A stretch of 64,000 nt of DNA from a bacterium HR19. Lineage in GTDB: Bacteria > Calescibacteriota > Calescibacteriia > Calescibacteriales > Calescibacteriaceae. The DNA is taken from positions 78,383 through 142,382 of the forward strand of contig BEHV01000004.1 in NCBI GenBank assembly GCA_002898315.1, in the 5' to 3' direction. Below, piece after piece: positions 19,222-29,341 of this stretch. The notes beneath the pieces are model-generated. The model did not search any database. It saw only the letters and a program-made list of their open reading frames with translations, and was not told the DNA's origin. How positions within the stretch are numbered: the first letter of the stretch is position 1; every line of letters starts with the position of its first letter. A program made the position numbers and the translations under genes.

Positions 19222-19962
19222 TTATTTTTCTTCACCAAATCCGCCACCACCTATTGTGAGGCGAATAAAAGGTCCCGTCGGAGCAACGCTTGGACCGCCG
19301 GAAACTCCTGCTCCACTCATTCTCCAACTACCCATGAAAGGAGAAAAAATGTATCCCAGCCGAAGCCCAAAGTCCAATCCTCCCTCGCCTCTCTCACCCC
19401 TTCTCAATGCCAAAAAATAATCAAGACCTACTGCAAGATTAATAAGGAAACCTCCAACCGAAAGATTTGCTTGCCCTCTCGGATTGCTCAGAAGGTCATC
19501 AAAAGAAGGTGAAATAGCTTTCTCTACCAATTCAAGAGTCATAGCTCCTCCGCCAAGTCCAAGCAAAGGATAAACATTCAACCCCTCAGTACGGTAGACA
19601 ATATACCCTATATTGAAAAAGCCATATCCACCACCAACCGAAGCCCTATAACCGATGTTTTCTGTTTCCTTGCTAAAAAATCCATGCCCTTCTCCGCCTA
19701 TGATAAATCTTTTGACCGCAAAGTGTCCCCCTCCACCGAGAGAGATAAAGTTGTTTGAGATTTTGGGATAACCCTTGCTTTCTAATCTTGTGTTCAGAGA
19801 AGAAAGATTGAGAATTTTTCCACCGAGTATAAAGTATGCTACTCCGCCTATCTTATCAGCTTGCCCGGTTTCTTGCGCATATAGTAAGTTAGGAAAGGAG
19901 AAAACCACCATAGCAATCACCGAAAAAATTATGCTTTTGCTTTTATTCAATATCTTAATCAT
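19222..19962 (-). CDS. predicted outer-membrane beta-barrel protein (Gly-rich)
   Basis: Signal peptide ending LLYAQE. Alternating hydrophobic beta-strand pattern. Gly-rich loops GGGGHF, GGGGFGEEK. Confidence 0.4.
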   Translation of the reverse strand: MIKILNKSKSIIFSVIAMVVFSFPNLLYAQETGQADKIGGVAYFILGGKILNLSSLNTRLESKGYPKISNNFISLGGGGHFAVKRFIIGGEGHGFFSKETENIGYRASVGGGYGFFNIGYIVYRTEGLNVYPLLGLGGGAMTLELVEKAISPSFDDLLSNPRGQANLSVGGFLINLAVGLDYFLALRRGERGEGGLDFGLRLGYIFSPFMGSWRMSGAGVSGGPSVAPTGPFIRLTIGGGGFGEEK

Positions 19963-20095
19963 ATTTTCTCACCTCCTTTCCCCAAGTCAATTTTGTAGTG
20001 ATTTTCAAAATCTTTTTCTATTTTTCTTAAAACTTTTCTACTTCTGCTTTACCGTTTTTATCAACAGTTTGCCTTATCTCCTGTAATTAAAAAAA

Positions 20096-20485
20096 TCATA
20101 AGTTTTCGGAGATTTTTATCTGAGGAGCGTCTGACCAGAGACCTTCAATATCGTAAAACCTTCTCGCTTCTTCCTCAAACACATGAACTATAACATCATC
20201 TAAATCAAGAACATTCCACTGAGAAAGCGGATTAAAATCAGAGAACAAAATTGATATGTTCAGGTTTTTCATCTCTTCTTCAAGAGATTCTATGACAGCT
20301 TTTCTGTGATTAGAGCTTTCACAAGTGCAGATGATGAAAAAATCGGTTATGTGATTGAAGTTTCTGAGGTCTATTATGACTATATCTTTTGCTTTTTTAT
20401 CCATTAGTTTCTTTATGATTTTTTGAATTTTGACCTGATCCGAAAGGAATTTTGCATTCCCTAAAAATACGATTTTTTCCATCAC
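20096..20485 (-). CDS. rsfS: ribosome silencing factor RsfS (Iojap family)
   Basis: AKDIVIIDLRNFNHITDFFIICTCESSNHRKAVIESLEEEMK matches the RsfS core. Confidence 0.85.
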   Translation of the reverse strand: MMEKIVFLGNAKFLSDQVKIQKIIKKLMDKKAKDIVIIDLRNFNHITDFFIICTCESSNHRKAVIESLEEEMKNLNISILFSDFNPLSQWNVLDLDDVIVHVFEEEARRFYDIEGLWSDAPQIKISENL

Positions 20486-20556
20486 TACAAAATAGAGTTA
20501 AAAAAAGCGATTAATATATCTTTATTTCCCTAATTATTTTATTAGTTCCAAAAGTT

Positions 20557-22356
20557 ATGAAGGCGATTTTCAAAAACAAATTTGCTGAAATACTGCTAAT
20601 CAAAGCGTTTTTGATTTTTATTTTTCTGTGTGCTAAACCATACTCGTTCGCTCAAACTGAAACATCAGAACCCCCAACAATAATCTCATTTATACCAAAA
20701 GAGACATCAAGGGAAACCATAGAAATAAGAGGTATATCGTGTCCCCGCTGCGAAGTTATAGCTGAGGTGAATGAAACCAAATTTTCAACAAAAAGCGATG
20801 AAAAAGGAAACTTCTCAATAAAAGTGAAACTTGAAAGAGGAAAAGAAAATTTGTTGAGAATATACTCGGTTTCAAAAAATAAAACATCAAAATTTTCTGA
20901 ATACAGAATAGTTCATAAGGAACTGCTGGCTCCAAAGAGCATAAAGGAAGCACCATCAGTAGATTTAGGGAGCATACCACCATTCACAAGAGAACCGGGA
21001 ATAACTGTATTTGGGAGAGCTTTACCGAAAATAAAAGTAGTTGCAAAAGGCGGTTCATCTCCGGCACAAGCATTCTCAGACGAAAACGGCTACTTTGAAA
21101 TTCTCGTTTTTCTCAAATTTGACCAGATGAACCAGATAGAAATATTCATGGAAGAAGAAGGAGGATTCCTATCACCAGCGGTAAAATTCAATATATATCA
21201 GATAACGAAAGCTCCACCTGCTCCAAAAATAGACACTTTCCCGGAATACACAAATAAAGACAAGATAAAAATAAAAGGAGAAACCGTTCCGGGAATAAAA
21301 GTTGTAGCCGAACTTCCAACGGGAGCGAAAATTGAAACACTTGCGAACAAAGAAGGAATATTTGACCTTGAAACTTCACTAACCCCTAACTCAGAAAATC
21401 AGATAAGTTTCTTTTCAGTTGACCCAGCTGGAAACACCTCTGCTCCCACAAGAATAAAAATACTTCAGGATTCAATACCTCCTGACCCCCCTAAGATAGA
21501 ATTTTTTCCCTCGCGCGTCTTTCAAGAGAAAATAACAGTTATAGGTAAAGGAGAACCAGAGACAAAACTAATAGCAAAAATATTAGACAAGGAAATAGAG
21601 TTAGGAGAAGTAGGAAAAGTTGGGGACTTTGTCGTTCAGGTCCCGGTTATGAAATACCAAAGGCAGGTCAGGAGAAATTACATACAGATTTTTTCGGAAG
21701 ATAAGGCGGGAAATAGGTCAGAACCCACCATGATAATAGTAGATGCTCTTCCGGAAATAAAAAGATTATCAGTTGAACCAACGATAGGATTTCACACATT
21801 CACGGGGATATTTGAAAATTCGTTTTTCGCGAGAATAGGAAAGTCGCCATACAAATTTTTCGGTCCCTCTTTTGAAATACAGTTTCTTTACCTTATGCAG
21901 CCGGGAAGCGGATTATCTGTTGGAGGTACATTCGGTAGCTCGTTTTCACGAAATGTAAGGTTTGAACCACCTTTCTTGCAAGACCCAAATGTAAAAGTTT
22001 CAAACCCGGAAGAGGTATCAAAACTTTCTTTCGCAACAACATTTATTTTATTTTCTCCGAAATTTATTTTTCTGGCGGAGAGCTTTGATATATCTTTCGG
22101 GATAGATATTGGTCCGGTATTCCTTGTAAAAAGCGCCCCGGAAGAAACAGAACAAGGAGTAGAGAGAATCAACAGATTATTTAATGGAATACTTATCAGA
22201 TTGAATTCAAAGATAAGATATTTTTTAACACCTGCGGTCAGTGTATTCATAAATCCAGCGCTGGGATACGCTCCGGTACAGAAAATAAACGAAGAAGGAG
22301 ATAAAATAGATTCTGGTGGAGTGTATATAAATTTAGGTATAAGTTTTGGACTATAA
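20557..22356 (+). CDS. secreted surface protein with four tandem Ig-like repeats and a C-terminal beta-barrel-like domain (autotransporter/adhesin-like)
   Basis: Signal peptide. Four ~90-aa repeats, each with a (K/T)I.(V/I).G...P...V(V/I)A...(D/E)..G.F motif. The C-terminal ~200 aa shows alternating hydrophobicity and ends GISFGL. Confidence 0.5.
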   Translation: MKAIFKNKFAEILLIKAFLIFIFLCAKPYSFAQTETSEPPTIISFIPKETSRETIEIRGISCPRCEVIAEVNETKFSTKSDEKGNFSIKVKLERGKENLLRIYSVSKNKTSKFSEYRIVHKELLAPKSIKEAPSVDLGSIPPFTREPGITVFGRALPKIKVVAKGGSSPAQAFSDENGYFEILVFLKFDQMNQIEIFMEEEGGFLSPAVKFNIYQITKAPPAPKIDTFPEYTNKDKIKIKGETVPGIKVVAELPTGAKIETLANKEGIFDLETSLTPNSENQISFFSVDPAGNTSAPTRIKILQDSIPPDPPKIEFFPSRVFQEKITVIGKGEPETKLIAKILDKEIELGEVGKVGDFVVQVPVMKYQRQVRRNYIQIFSEDKAGNRSEPTMIIVDALPEIKRLSVEPTIGFHTFTGIFENSFFARIGKSPYKFFGPSFEIQFLYLMQPGSGLSVGGTFGSSFSRNVRFEPPFLQDPNVKVSNPEEVSKLSFATTFILFSPKFIFLAESFDISFGIDIGPVFLVKSAPEETEQGVERINRLFNGILIRLNSKIRYFLTPAVSVFINPALGYAPVQKINEEGDKIDSGGVYINLGISFGL

Positions 22357-22386
22357 GCAAGACCAAAGGGCAAAAAGAGAATTCAA

Positions 22387-22845
22387 TCAAGAATTTGAAG
22401 ATGAAAGGGATTTTTGTTTTAGAGCAAGCCAAGGATTTCTTGCAACTATTGCGGTTTTATATTGAAGTTTATCTGCTGCAAGTTTCAGTGCTCTTTGCGC
22501 ATCTAAATCAGATACACCGTCTAACTCAAATATAACGGTTCCCGCCTTTACCCTTGCCTCATATCCGACAACATCTCCCTTGCCACCACCCATTCTCGTC
22601 TCGGCTGGCTTTTTTGTGACGGGACGTGATGGGAATATTCTTATCCAGAGTTTAGCGCTTGAAGGGAGTGAGCGAAGTATGGCGAGACGGCACGCCTCTA
22701 TTTGCCTCGCTGAAATTCTCGCAGGTTCTAAAACCTTCAAACCCCACTTCCCAAAAACCACATTATAACCCCTTGACGCTTTCCCACGAGTTCTTCCCTT
22801 CCTCCATTTTCTATATTTCATCTTCTTCGGTTGCAGAAGAGACAT
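22387..22845 (-). CDS. rplP: 50S ribosomal protein L16
   Basis: LQPKKMKYRKWRKGRTRGKASRGYNVVFGKWGLKV...RQIEACRLAI...KLWIRIFPSRPVTKKPAETRMGGGKG is unmistakably L16. It has a ~12-aa C-terminal extension and is not in an S10-type operon here. Confidence 0.9.
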   Translation of the reverse strand: MSLLQPKKMKYRKWRKGRTRGKASRGYNVVFGKWGLKVLEPARISARQIEACRLAILRSLPSSAKLWIRIFPSRPVTKKPAETRMGGGKGDVVGYEARVKAGTVIFELDGVSDLDAQRALKLAADKLQYKTAIVARNPWLALKQKSLSSSNS

Positions 22846-23010
22846 AATTTCTCACCTCCTACTTACTCAATCTCTTGATAAACTCAAATTAAAATAACAA
22901 AAATAGGTAAAAGCGAATTACAAGAATTAAAATCTTAAAGATAAATAAAAGATAAATCAAAATAGTTTTGCCGAGATTTTTTTGATTTCTGCGAAAACTT
23001 AAATTTTGGA

Positions 23011-24204
23011 ATGAAAAACAAAGAGAAAAAAAGAATAGCACTTATAGGTTCAACCGGCTCAATCGGAACCCAATGCTTACAAGTAGTTGATTCTCTACCT
23101 GAAAAGTTTGAAATTATAGGGATTACCGCTATGACAAATTTCAAGCTTCTTGCAAAGCAAATAATAAAGTATAAACCCAAGTATGTATGCATAGCTCCTG
23201 AAAAAAGAGCAGAGCTTGAAAGAGAACTGAAAGAGAGTTCATTCAAAGCAAACTTTGAGTATGCTGAAATAGCAGATATAGTCCGCAGAGAAGAAATAGA
23301 CCTTGTAGTTGTAGGGGTTCCGGGATTTGCCTCTTGCGAGCCGGTTTTCAACGCAGTACAGGCGGGAAAAGAAATAGCGGTAGCATCAAAAGAAGCTATA
23401 CTTTGCCTTGGAAAACTGCTGTTTGAGGAAGCAGAAAAGAAGAAAGCAAAGATACTCCCAGTAGATAGCGAACACTCCTCGCTGTGGAAACTTATTGATT
23501 CCTACCCAAGAGAAAATATCAAGAAAGTTTATATAACCGCATCGGGAGGACCTTTTTGGAAACACGATAAATCTAAAATAGAGAATGCCCCATACGAAGA
23601 AGTCATCAAACATCCTGTTTGGAACATGGGAGTAAAAATAACAGTAGATAGCGCACTTCTTATCAACAAAGCGTTTGAGATAATTGAAGCGTCATATCTT
23701 TTTTCAATTCCCGCTGAGAAAATCGGAGTCAAAATACATCCCGAAGCGATAGTCCATTCGGCGATAGAGCTGAAAGATGGAACTTTCATCATGAGCGCCC
23801 ACTTCCCAGATATGCGAATTCCCATAATGTATGCTATGCTATACCCATATGTTGAAGATATTCCTTTTGAAATTCCTTCTATATGGGAAAAACCTCTGAA
23901 CTTTTTTGAACCAGATTTTGAGAGGTTCCCGTCTTTACTTTTAGGATGGAGATGCGCAAAACTTAAAGAGCCATTCCCTTGCATACTTGTATCAGCAGAT
24001 GAAGTAGCGGTAGAATACTTTATTTCAAGAAAAATAAGGTTCTGGGATATATACACAATAGTTGAAAAAACAGTATCGTATTTTGAAAAAAACAGAGATG
24101 AGCTCCCAAGCCCTATGATGAGTATTGAAGATGTCAAGAAAATTTACGAAATCTCAAAGAAAAAAGCAAAAGAAATAGCGGACTCAATAACGAAAAAGAC
24201 ATAA
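23011..24204 (+). CDS. dxr: 1-deoxy-D-xylulose 5-phosphate reductoisomerase
   Basis: KRIALIGSTGSIGTQCLQVV, DSEHSSLWKLI, and length 397 aa. Confidence 0.95.
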   Translation: MKNKEKKRIALIGSTGSIGTQCLQVVDSLPEKFEIIGITAMTNFKLLAKQIIKYKPKYVCIAPEKRAELERELKESSFKANFEYAEIADIVRREEIDLVVVGVPGFASCEPVFNAVQAGKEIAVASKEAILCLGKLLFEEAEKKKAKILPVDSEHSSLWKLIDSYPRENIKKVYITASGGPFWKHDKSKIENAPYEEVIKHPVWNMGVKITVDSALLINKAFEIIEASYLFSIPAEKIGVKIHPEAIVHSAIELKDGTFIMSAHFPDMRIPIMYAMLYPYVEDIPFEIPSIWEKPLNFFEPDFERFPSLLLGWRCAKLKEPFPCILVSADEVAVEYFISRKIRFWDIYTIVEKTVSYFEKNRDELPSPMMSIEDVKKIYEISKKKAKEIADSITKKT

Positions 24205-24244
24205 AATAAATAGCACAAAACCAAAATATTTTAAAATTTATCAG

Positions 24245-24793
24245 ATGAAAGTTATCTTCGGAGAAGATGTGATAGAAAAGTTCATTTCAGATTCTGCCGA
24301 AATAATAGGTCAAGAAGAAGGAGAAAAATGTATCATAGGCATAAAAACAGGTGGATTCGTTCTCGCAAAAAGAATTCACAATCTACTTCAAAAAGAAAAT
24401 AAAGATATAAAACTTGGCTCGGTTGATATAACCTTCTGGCGAGATGACCTCTCACGAAATCCTTACCCTATCGTCAAAGGTTCTGAAATAAACTTCTCAA
24501 CAGATGACATTATCGTCTTCCTGATAGATGATGTTATATATACAGGAAGAACAATACGAGCAGCTCTATGCGAAATTTTTGAATTCGGAAGACCAAAAAT
24601 GGTAAAGCTTTTTACTCTGGTAAACAGAGTTGGAAGAGAAATTCCAATCCACCCAGATTTTTTCTCCATACACATAAAAATTGATGAATCAGAAAGTATA
24701 GAGGTACTCCTCAGAGAAATGGGATTTGAAAGAGATATAGGAGTTGTGATAAAGAAAGGCGAAAAGATAGTCAAAAACAGCCCAAGCTCGTAA
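24245..24793 (+). CDS. pyrR: bifunctional pyrimidine operon regulator / uracil phosphoribosyltransferase PyrR
   Basis: ITFWRDDLS...IIVFLIDDVIYTGRTIRAAL...REIPIHPDF. Confidence 0.85.
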   Translation: MKVIFGEDVIEKFISDSAEIIGQEEGEKCIIGIKTGGFVLAKRIHNLLQKENKDIKLGSVDITFWRDDLSRNPYPIVKGSEINFSTDDIIVFLIDDVIYTGRTIRAALCEIFEFGRPKMVKLFTLVNRVGREIPIHPDFFSIHIKIDESESIEVLLREMGFERDIGVVIKKGEKIVKNSPSS

Positions 24794-24808
24794 AAAAATT
24801 CAGCTCAA

Positions 24809-27481
24809 TCAATCTCTCGTGAGAACAATAACTTTTTCAAAATTATCAAAATCGGTCAATCTCTTGAACTTGATATAGTCTTTACCAAAATATGTAGGCA
24901 GAAGATCGTTAAAATGCTTTGATATATCTGGCTTTTGAAGGTCTTTGCCAAAACCAAACACTCCACCGGGGAAGGCAAACTCAATAGAAAACAAGCCGGT
25001 CTCATCATCTGGGACTGCAACAGACCTCATAGATGGTCCCCCCTGAATTATGAAATCTTTCTCCGGATTATCTGTCACAAGATACACCCACGCTACCGAA
25101 GGTGCGACAGGACCAAAATCAACCGGGAACGGACCAATATCAAACAGAGATAAATTGGCAAAAGAAGTGAAGTGAAAAAGTTTCAGCTTGCTCAATCTTC
25201 CCCAGAGCCAGCTTTCTGGATTTTGCCCAAACTTCTCTGAAAGATATGAAACCGCTTTCCTGAAACTCAAAAAAGCAATATACTCAAAATTTTCTCTGAC
25301 GCTATCGGTCCTTAAATCATCAAAAAAATCTATCTTATGAGTCCCCTGAGAGAAAAAGTACAGCTGTTTGAGAAAGTAGTCCTCAAAAGAAGGAGAGATT
25401 TTCAGTTTATACTTTTCAAACTCATCTGAAAATGTATTTTTTATTATGTTTGTAACAGAAACCCAAAATATTGTGCACGCGGAAGAATTTTTTCTCACAT
25501 TTTGATCATCAACCTCATTAAACCGCAAGCTTTCAAGGTCAGAAAGAGTGAAACCAGATTTACATGTCATATCCCAGCTTCTCAAAAGGGAGAGGGCTTT
25601 TTTCTCTAAATCGGTCATATCAGTTTGAAAAGAAGAGAGGGCATTAAGAAAAGAAGGCAGAAATCCACGAGTCCAATATGAAACTGTATCGTGCTGAATC
25701 TCCTTCACATCTGAAACACTTATTTTGCCCTTTTTCAACTTTTCCTGAATCATATAAGTAATTTCTGCGATTCTGTATCCGGGGTCGTATGACCAAAAGA
25801 GATATATAGGGTCATCAAATGGGTCTCCATCTGCTGTATAACCAGGGAGGTCATTATTTGCAGTAGCTATAAAACCTTTTGGGGGATTTATGGTGTGGGG
25901 GAATTTGCTTTTTTCTATCCATCTTTCCCAGTCGCAACAGCCGTCTGTTGGAAGTGCCACAATAGGAGGAAATTGATATAGATTCCATTTTCTATCTGGA
26001 AGCAGAGCGTAAGTTGAATATCCTATGTTACCTTTGAGGTCAGCAACGACGAAGTTTATTGGAGCGACTTCAAACTCAGTTGCTCGCTTCAAAAATTCTT
26101 GAACATCCTCTGCGAGAAGGATGTCTAAAAACACAAGCACTTCGCGAGATTGCTCTCCGCCGTTCCACCTGAAAGAAAGAAACTCACCTTCTGATAAAAC
26201 GACCTGAGCGGGAATCTTTCCTCTCAAGACCTCTTCTCTTTTACCCAAAATTACTCCGTGCTTTTTGCAATAGAAAAGTTCAAAACTTCTGCTTGAAGAA
26301 ATTTTTATCTCGCTTGATTCAACACATAAATCATCAGACTGGCTTGAATGATTATGTATAAACTTAAATCCTGTTTTACAATTTGCATCAGCTTTTAAAA
26401 ATTCTTTGTAGATATCAAGGGAATCGTAACCACCGTTTGTCACAGCCCAAGCAACTTTACCGTTTGTTCCGGAGAGAATTCCGGGTATACCTGCAAGCGC
26501 AAAACCTTCAATTATATCTTTGCCAAACTCTCCTTTCCACGGGAACCACAGAGGAGGGTTAAAAAGAGGAAGATGAGGATCATTTGCAACTATCGGTTTC
26601 CCGTCGGCTGTGAGCGTAGCTGAAATAACCCAGTTATTGCTACCAAATTTTCCAGAAGCAGAGAGAAAATCAATTATATCAAAAATGACAGGGTTGGGTA
26701 ATGAAGGGGGAGCTGGTAATGTGAATATATTAACTCCTGCTCTTGCAGTGAGCATCTCAAGAAAATAAGAACCAAAAACCTCATCACCGACAACTTCTTT
26801 TATATATTCTCGTAAAGAGTCAAGAGCTAAATCTCCTTCGCCTGTAAGATACCACTCAAAAAACCTCGCTATAGCCAGAACCTGCTGAGGAGTGAAAAAA
26901 AACTTTTGCGGGTCGTTCTTCGGATTTCTTGCAGAAAGAATAGATGAGTACTCGGGAGGAAGTTCCTCAAGCCCTTCAGATAACCTCTTTATGTAAAAAT
27001 TTATACCTTCGGTAAAAGCCAGGAGTAAAAGAGCAGAAGATAACTTCTGAGATTGCAAAAGCTCCCACTGAATATCGGTGACAAGTTTTCCCGTAGATGG
27101 ATTCAGGAGCGTTCTCAAAGTGAGAGCATCAACCTCTCTTGCTTGCTCTATATCTATTATAGAAGAAACCATACCGTTTGATATAACTCTGAGGAGGTCC
27201 AGTTGAGAATATCTCGCTTTCGCCATTATATAACCGAGGGCGAAAATTCCAGATAGGAAATCGTCTGACTTTATGTGAGGAATTCCGTTTTTATCTATAA
27301 GTATTATCGCTGAAAGTTGAGAGTTCTTAACTTCTTCACGAGGTATATTTGACGGAATCTTATCTAAAAAGTTCTCCTTTTTTTGTGCTTGACAAGATAA
27401 GAATAAAAGAAAAGGAACCAGAAAGGTAAAAACAGCTGTTTTATATGAAGGAAAGAGTGCCCGTACGCGTTTTTCAAGCAT
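24809..27481 (-). CDS. penicillin acylase family (Ntn-hydrolase S45) protein, secreted. Could be a beta-lactam or acyl-homoserine-lactone acylase.
   Basis: The beta-subunit nucleophile context GSNNWVISATLTADGKPIVANDPHL, i.e. the SNNW and ANDPHL motifs. 890 aa with a signal peptide. Confidence 0.8.
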   Translation of the reverse strand: MLEKRVRALFPSYKTAVFTFLVPFLLFLSCQAQKKENFLDKIPSNIPREEVKNSQLSAIILIDKNGIPHIKSDDFLSGIFALGYIMAKARYSQLDLLRVISNGMVSSIIDIEQAREVDALTLRTLLNPSTGKLVTDIQWELLQSQKLSSALLLLAFTEGINFYIKRLSEGLEELPPEYSSILSARNPKNDPQKFFFTPQQVLAIARFFEWYLTGEGDLALDSLREYIKEVVGDEVFGSYFLEMLTARAGVNIFTLPAPPSLPNPVIFDIIDFLSASGKFGSNNWVISATLTADGKPIVANDPHLPLFNPPLWFPWKGEFGKDIIEGFALAGIPGILSGTNGKVAWAVTNGGYDSLDIYKEFLKADANCKTGFKFIHNHSSQSDDLCVESSEIKISSSRSFELFYCKKHGVILGKREEVLRGKIPAQVVLSEGEFLSFRWNGGEQSREVLVFLDILLAEDVQEFLKRATEFEVAPINFVVADLKGNIGYSTYALLPDRKWNLYQFPPIVALPTDGCCDWERWIEKSKFPHTINPPKGFIATANNDLPGYTADGDPFDDPIYLFWSYDPGYRIAEITYMIQEKLKKGKISVSDVKEIQHDTVSYWTRGFLPSFLNALSSFQTDMTDLEKKALSLLRSWDMTCKSGFTLSDLESLRFNEVDDQNVRKNSSACTIFWVSVTNIIKNTFSDEFEKYKLKISPSFEDYFLKQLYFFSQGTHKIDFFDDLRTDSVRENFEYIAFLSFRKAVSYLSEKFGQNPESWLWGRLSKLKLFHFTSFANLSLFDIGPFPVDFGPVAPSVAWVYLVTDNPEKDFIIQGGPSMRSVAVPDDETGLFSIEFAFPGGVFGFGKDLQKPDISKHFNDLLPTYFGKDYIKFKRLTDFDNFEKVIVLTRD

Positions 27482-27547
27482 AAATTCAATTTAGAAGATA
27501 ATTTTCTGAATTTTGATTTTCGGTTTATTTTTGAGGAATTGAATTTT

Positions 27548-28693
27548 TCAGAAAACAATTTTTGAGAGGACTTTTTGGAGGAGTTCTTGCTCTGATTTGA
27601 GGACCTTTGTCACAAGCATAGCTTTTGATTCCCCAAAAGCTCCGGGTATTCCAACATACTTTGGAACTCCCTGAACAAAGGCAACAGCTGACTCTTCATT
27701 TGGAGAAGAGTTAAGCTTTATTATGTCTCCCTTTTTGAAGCTGAGGAGTTCTCGCAAAGTTATCTTTGCTCTTCCAATCTCACACCTTATCTCAACGGGA
27801 CACTCTTTAAGTTTATTTATTAATCTTTCTAACCATCTTCTATCTATTTCAAGGCTTGATGGCTGATAACCCGCTTGAAGTTGAGATCTTATTGGCTCTA
27901 AAATAGCATAGGGAATACCTATGTAGAGCTTTCCGGAGACCATTCCTAAATCTATCTCATATCTTGTTGAAACTATGAGGTCAGATTCAGGAATTATAGT
28001 GACAAATTGCGGATGACTTTCTAACCTGATGATTTCAGGGTCAATATGCATTATAGGGTTCCATGCTTCTTGATATGGTTTGAGCATAGTAGAAATTACC
28101 CTTTTGAGCAATCTCTGCTCTATTCTTGTAAATTCTCTTCCTTCCGCCTTTGTACCTTTTCCGGTTCCTCCGAGAAGTATATCTATTATTGAAAGGACAA
28201 GAGGTCCTTCAAGTGCCCAGAGAGAAAAACCTCGCAGTGGTTTCATAGATACAACAACAAAAGAAGCGGGTAAAGGGATATTGTCAAGGAAAGAAGAGAA
28301 CTCTCCCACCGTGACATCTATCATACCTACATCTATTATTTTTTGCAGTGCTGCTGAAAGGATTGAGCGCGCCTCTGTCGCAAACCTTCTGTGAATAACT
28401 TCAAGAGATGGAAGACGCATTTTTGATACGAATCTCCCAACCTTTCTGAAATCATACCTTGGATACTTTTCTTTTTCTTCTGGTTTAACCTCTTCTGGTA
28501 CAGCTAAGGGAATTTCTCCACGCCTCAAACTGCGCAAAAGAGCATCAACTTCGTCCTGAGTCAAAATTTGCGAAGGAGTTATCTCCTCTTTCTTTTCTTC
28601 CTTTTCTTTCTTCTCCTTTTCTTCCTCTTCTACTTCTCTTCTTCTTATAGGCTTTCTTTCTCTTTCCCTCATCATAGAATAAATTTTAATCAA
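27548..28693 (-). CDS. fliM: flagellar motor switch protein FliM, with a K/E-rich N-terminal extension
   Basis: LTQDEVDALL near the N-terminus. FliM core. C-terminal FliN/SpoA-like block LLSFKKGDIIKL...VAFVQGVPKYVG. Confidence 0.85.
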   Translation of the reverse strand: MIKIYSMMRERERKPIRRREVEEEEKEKKEKEEKKEEITPSQILTQDEVDALLRSLRRGEIPLAVPEEVKPEEKEKYPRYDFRKVGRFVSKMRLPSLEVIHRRFATEARSILSAALQKIIDVGMIDVTVGEFSSFLDNIPLPASFVVVSMKPLRGFSLWALEGPLVLSIIDILLGGTGKGTKAEGREFTRIEQRLLKRVISTMLKPYQEAWNPIMHIDPEIIRLESHPQFVTIIPESDLIVSTRYEIDLGMVSGKLYIGIPYAILEPIRSQLQAGYQPSSLEIDRRWLERLINKLKECPVEIRCEIGRAKITLRELLSFKKGDIIKLNSSPNEESAVAFVQGVPKYVGIPGAFGESKAMLVTKVLKSEQELLQKVLSKIVF

Positions 28694-28747
28694 TATTATT
28701 TTTGAGTTTTTGTTTATTTTGAGGTTTTGGTTTTATTTTTTTTGTGA

Positions 28748-28819
28748 GGGCGTGTAGCTCAGTGGCAGAGCGCTACCCTCACGAGGTAGAGGTCGGAGGT
28801 TCAATTCCTCCCACGCCCA
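28748..28819 (+). tRNA. tRNA-Val (anticodon CAC)
   Basis: Manual cloverleaf: acceptor GGGCGTG/CACGCCC, D-arm GCTC...GAGC, anticodon stem CTACC/GGTAG with loop CTCACGA, T-arm GGAGG-TTCAATT-CCTCC, discriminator A. Confidence 0.85.
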
Positions 28820-28836
28820 CATCAATCTCTATATAC

Positions 28837-29250
28837 TCAAATTCCTGTTTTAGACCTATACTCTGAAATCAGATTCTCAACTGTTGAGATTATCTCCGAA
28901 AGGGGAGTTCCCGGCAAAAACACAGCTTTTACACCATGCTGTTTCAGAAATTCTACATCTTCATCTGGAATTATACCACCAACAATGATAGGTTTATTAT
29001 CTATCTTTCTTTTCTTCAACTCCTCAACGAGCTTTGGTATAAGAATATTGTGAGTGCCAGAAAGAATAGAAATTCCGATAAGGTCTACATCTTCTTCAAG
29101 TGCTATTTCTGCTATCTCCTGCGCGGTTTTATGAAGCCCTGTATAAATAACTTCAAACCCTGCCTCTTTCAAAGCGCGTGCGACAACTTTTGCTCCCCTG
29201 TCGTGACCGTCAAGCCCTATCTTACCTACCAATACTCTACCCTTCACCAT
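28837..29250 (-). CDS. cobalamin (B12)-binding domain protein, methylmalonyl-CoA mutase C-terminal-domain-like, stand-alone
   Basis: VLVGKIGLDGHDRGAKVVARALKEAGFEVIY has the DxHxxG B12-binding motif. 137 aa. Confidence 0.85.
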   Translation of the reverse strand: MVKGRVLVGKIGLDGHDRGAKVVARALKEAGFEVIYTGLHKTAQEIAEIALEEDVDLIGISILSGTHNILIPKLVEELKKRKIDNKPIIVGGIIPDEDVEFLKQHGVKAVFLPGTPLSEIISTVENLISEYRSKTGI

Positions 29251-29341
29251 ACCGAAAAATATTTTTTAATATTATAGAGCACAATTTGACAAATTTTCCA
29301 AACTCTTTTGAGCAGAAAAACCGCTGAAAACCACCCTTCTG

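Noticed and set aside
28862-28880. Short inverted repeat tctcaactgttgaga that looked like a terminator near tRNA-Val
   Set aside because: It lies inside the 3' end of the B12-binding-domain CDS rather than downstream of it. The stem is only ~5 bp and no T-tract follows.
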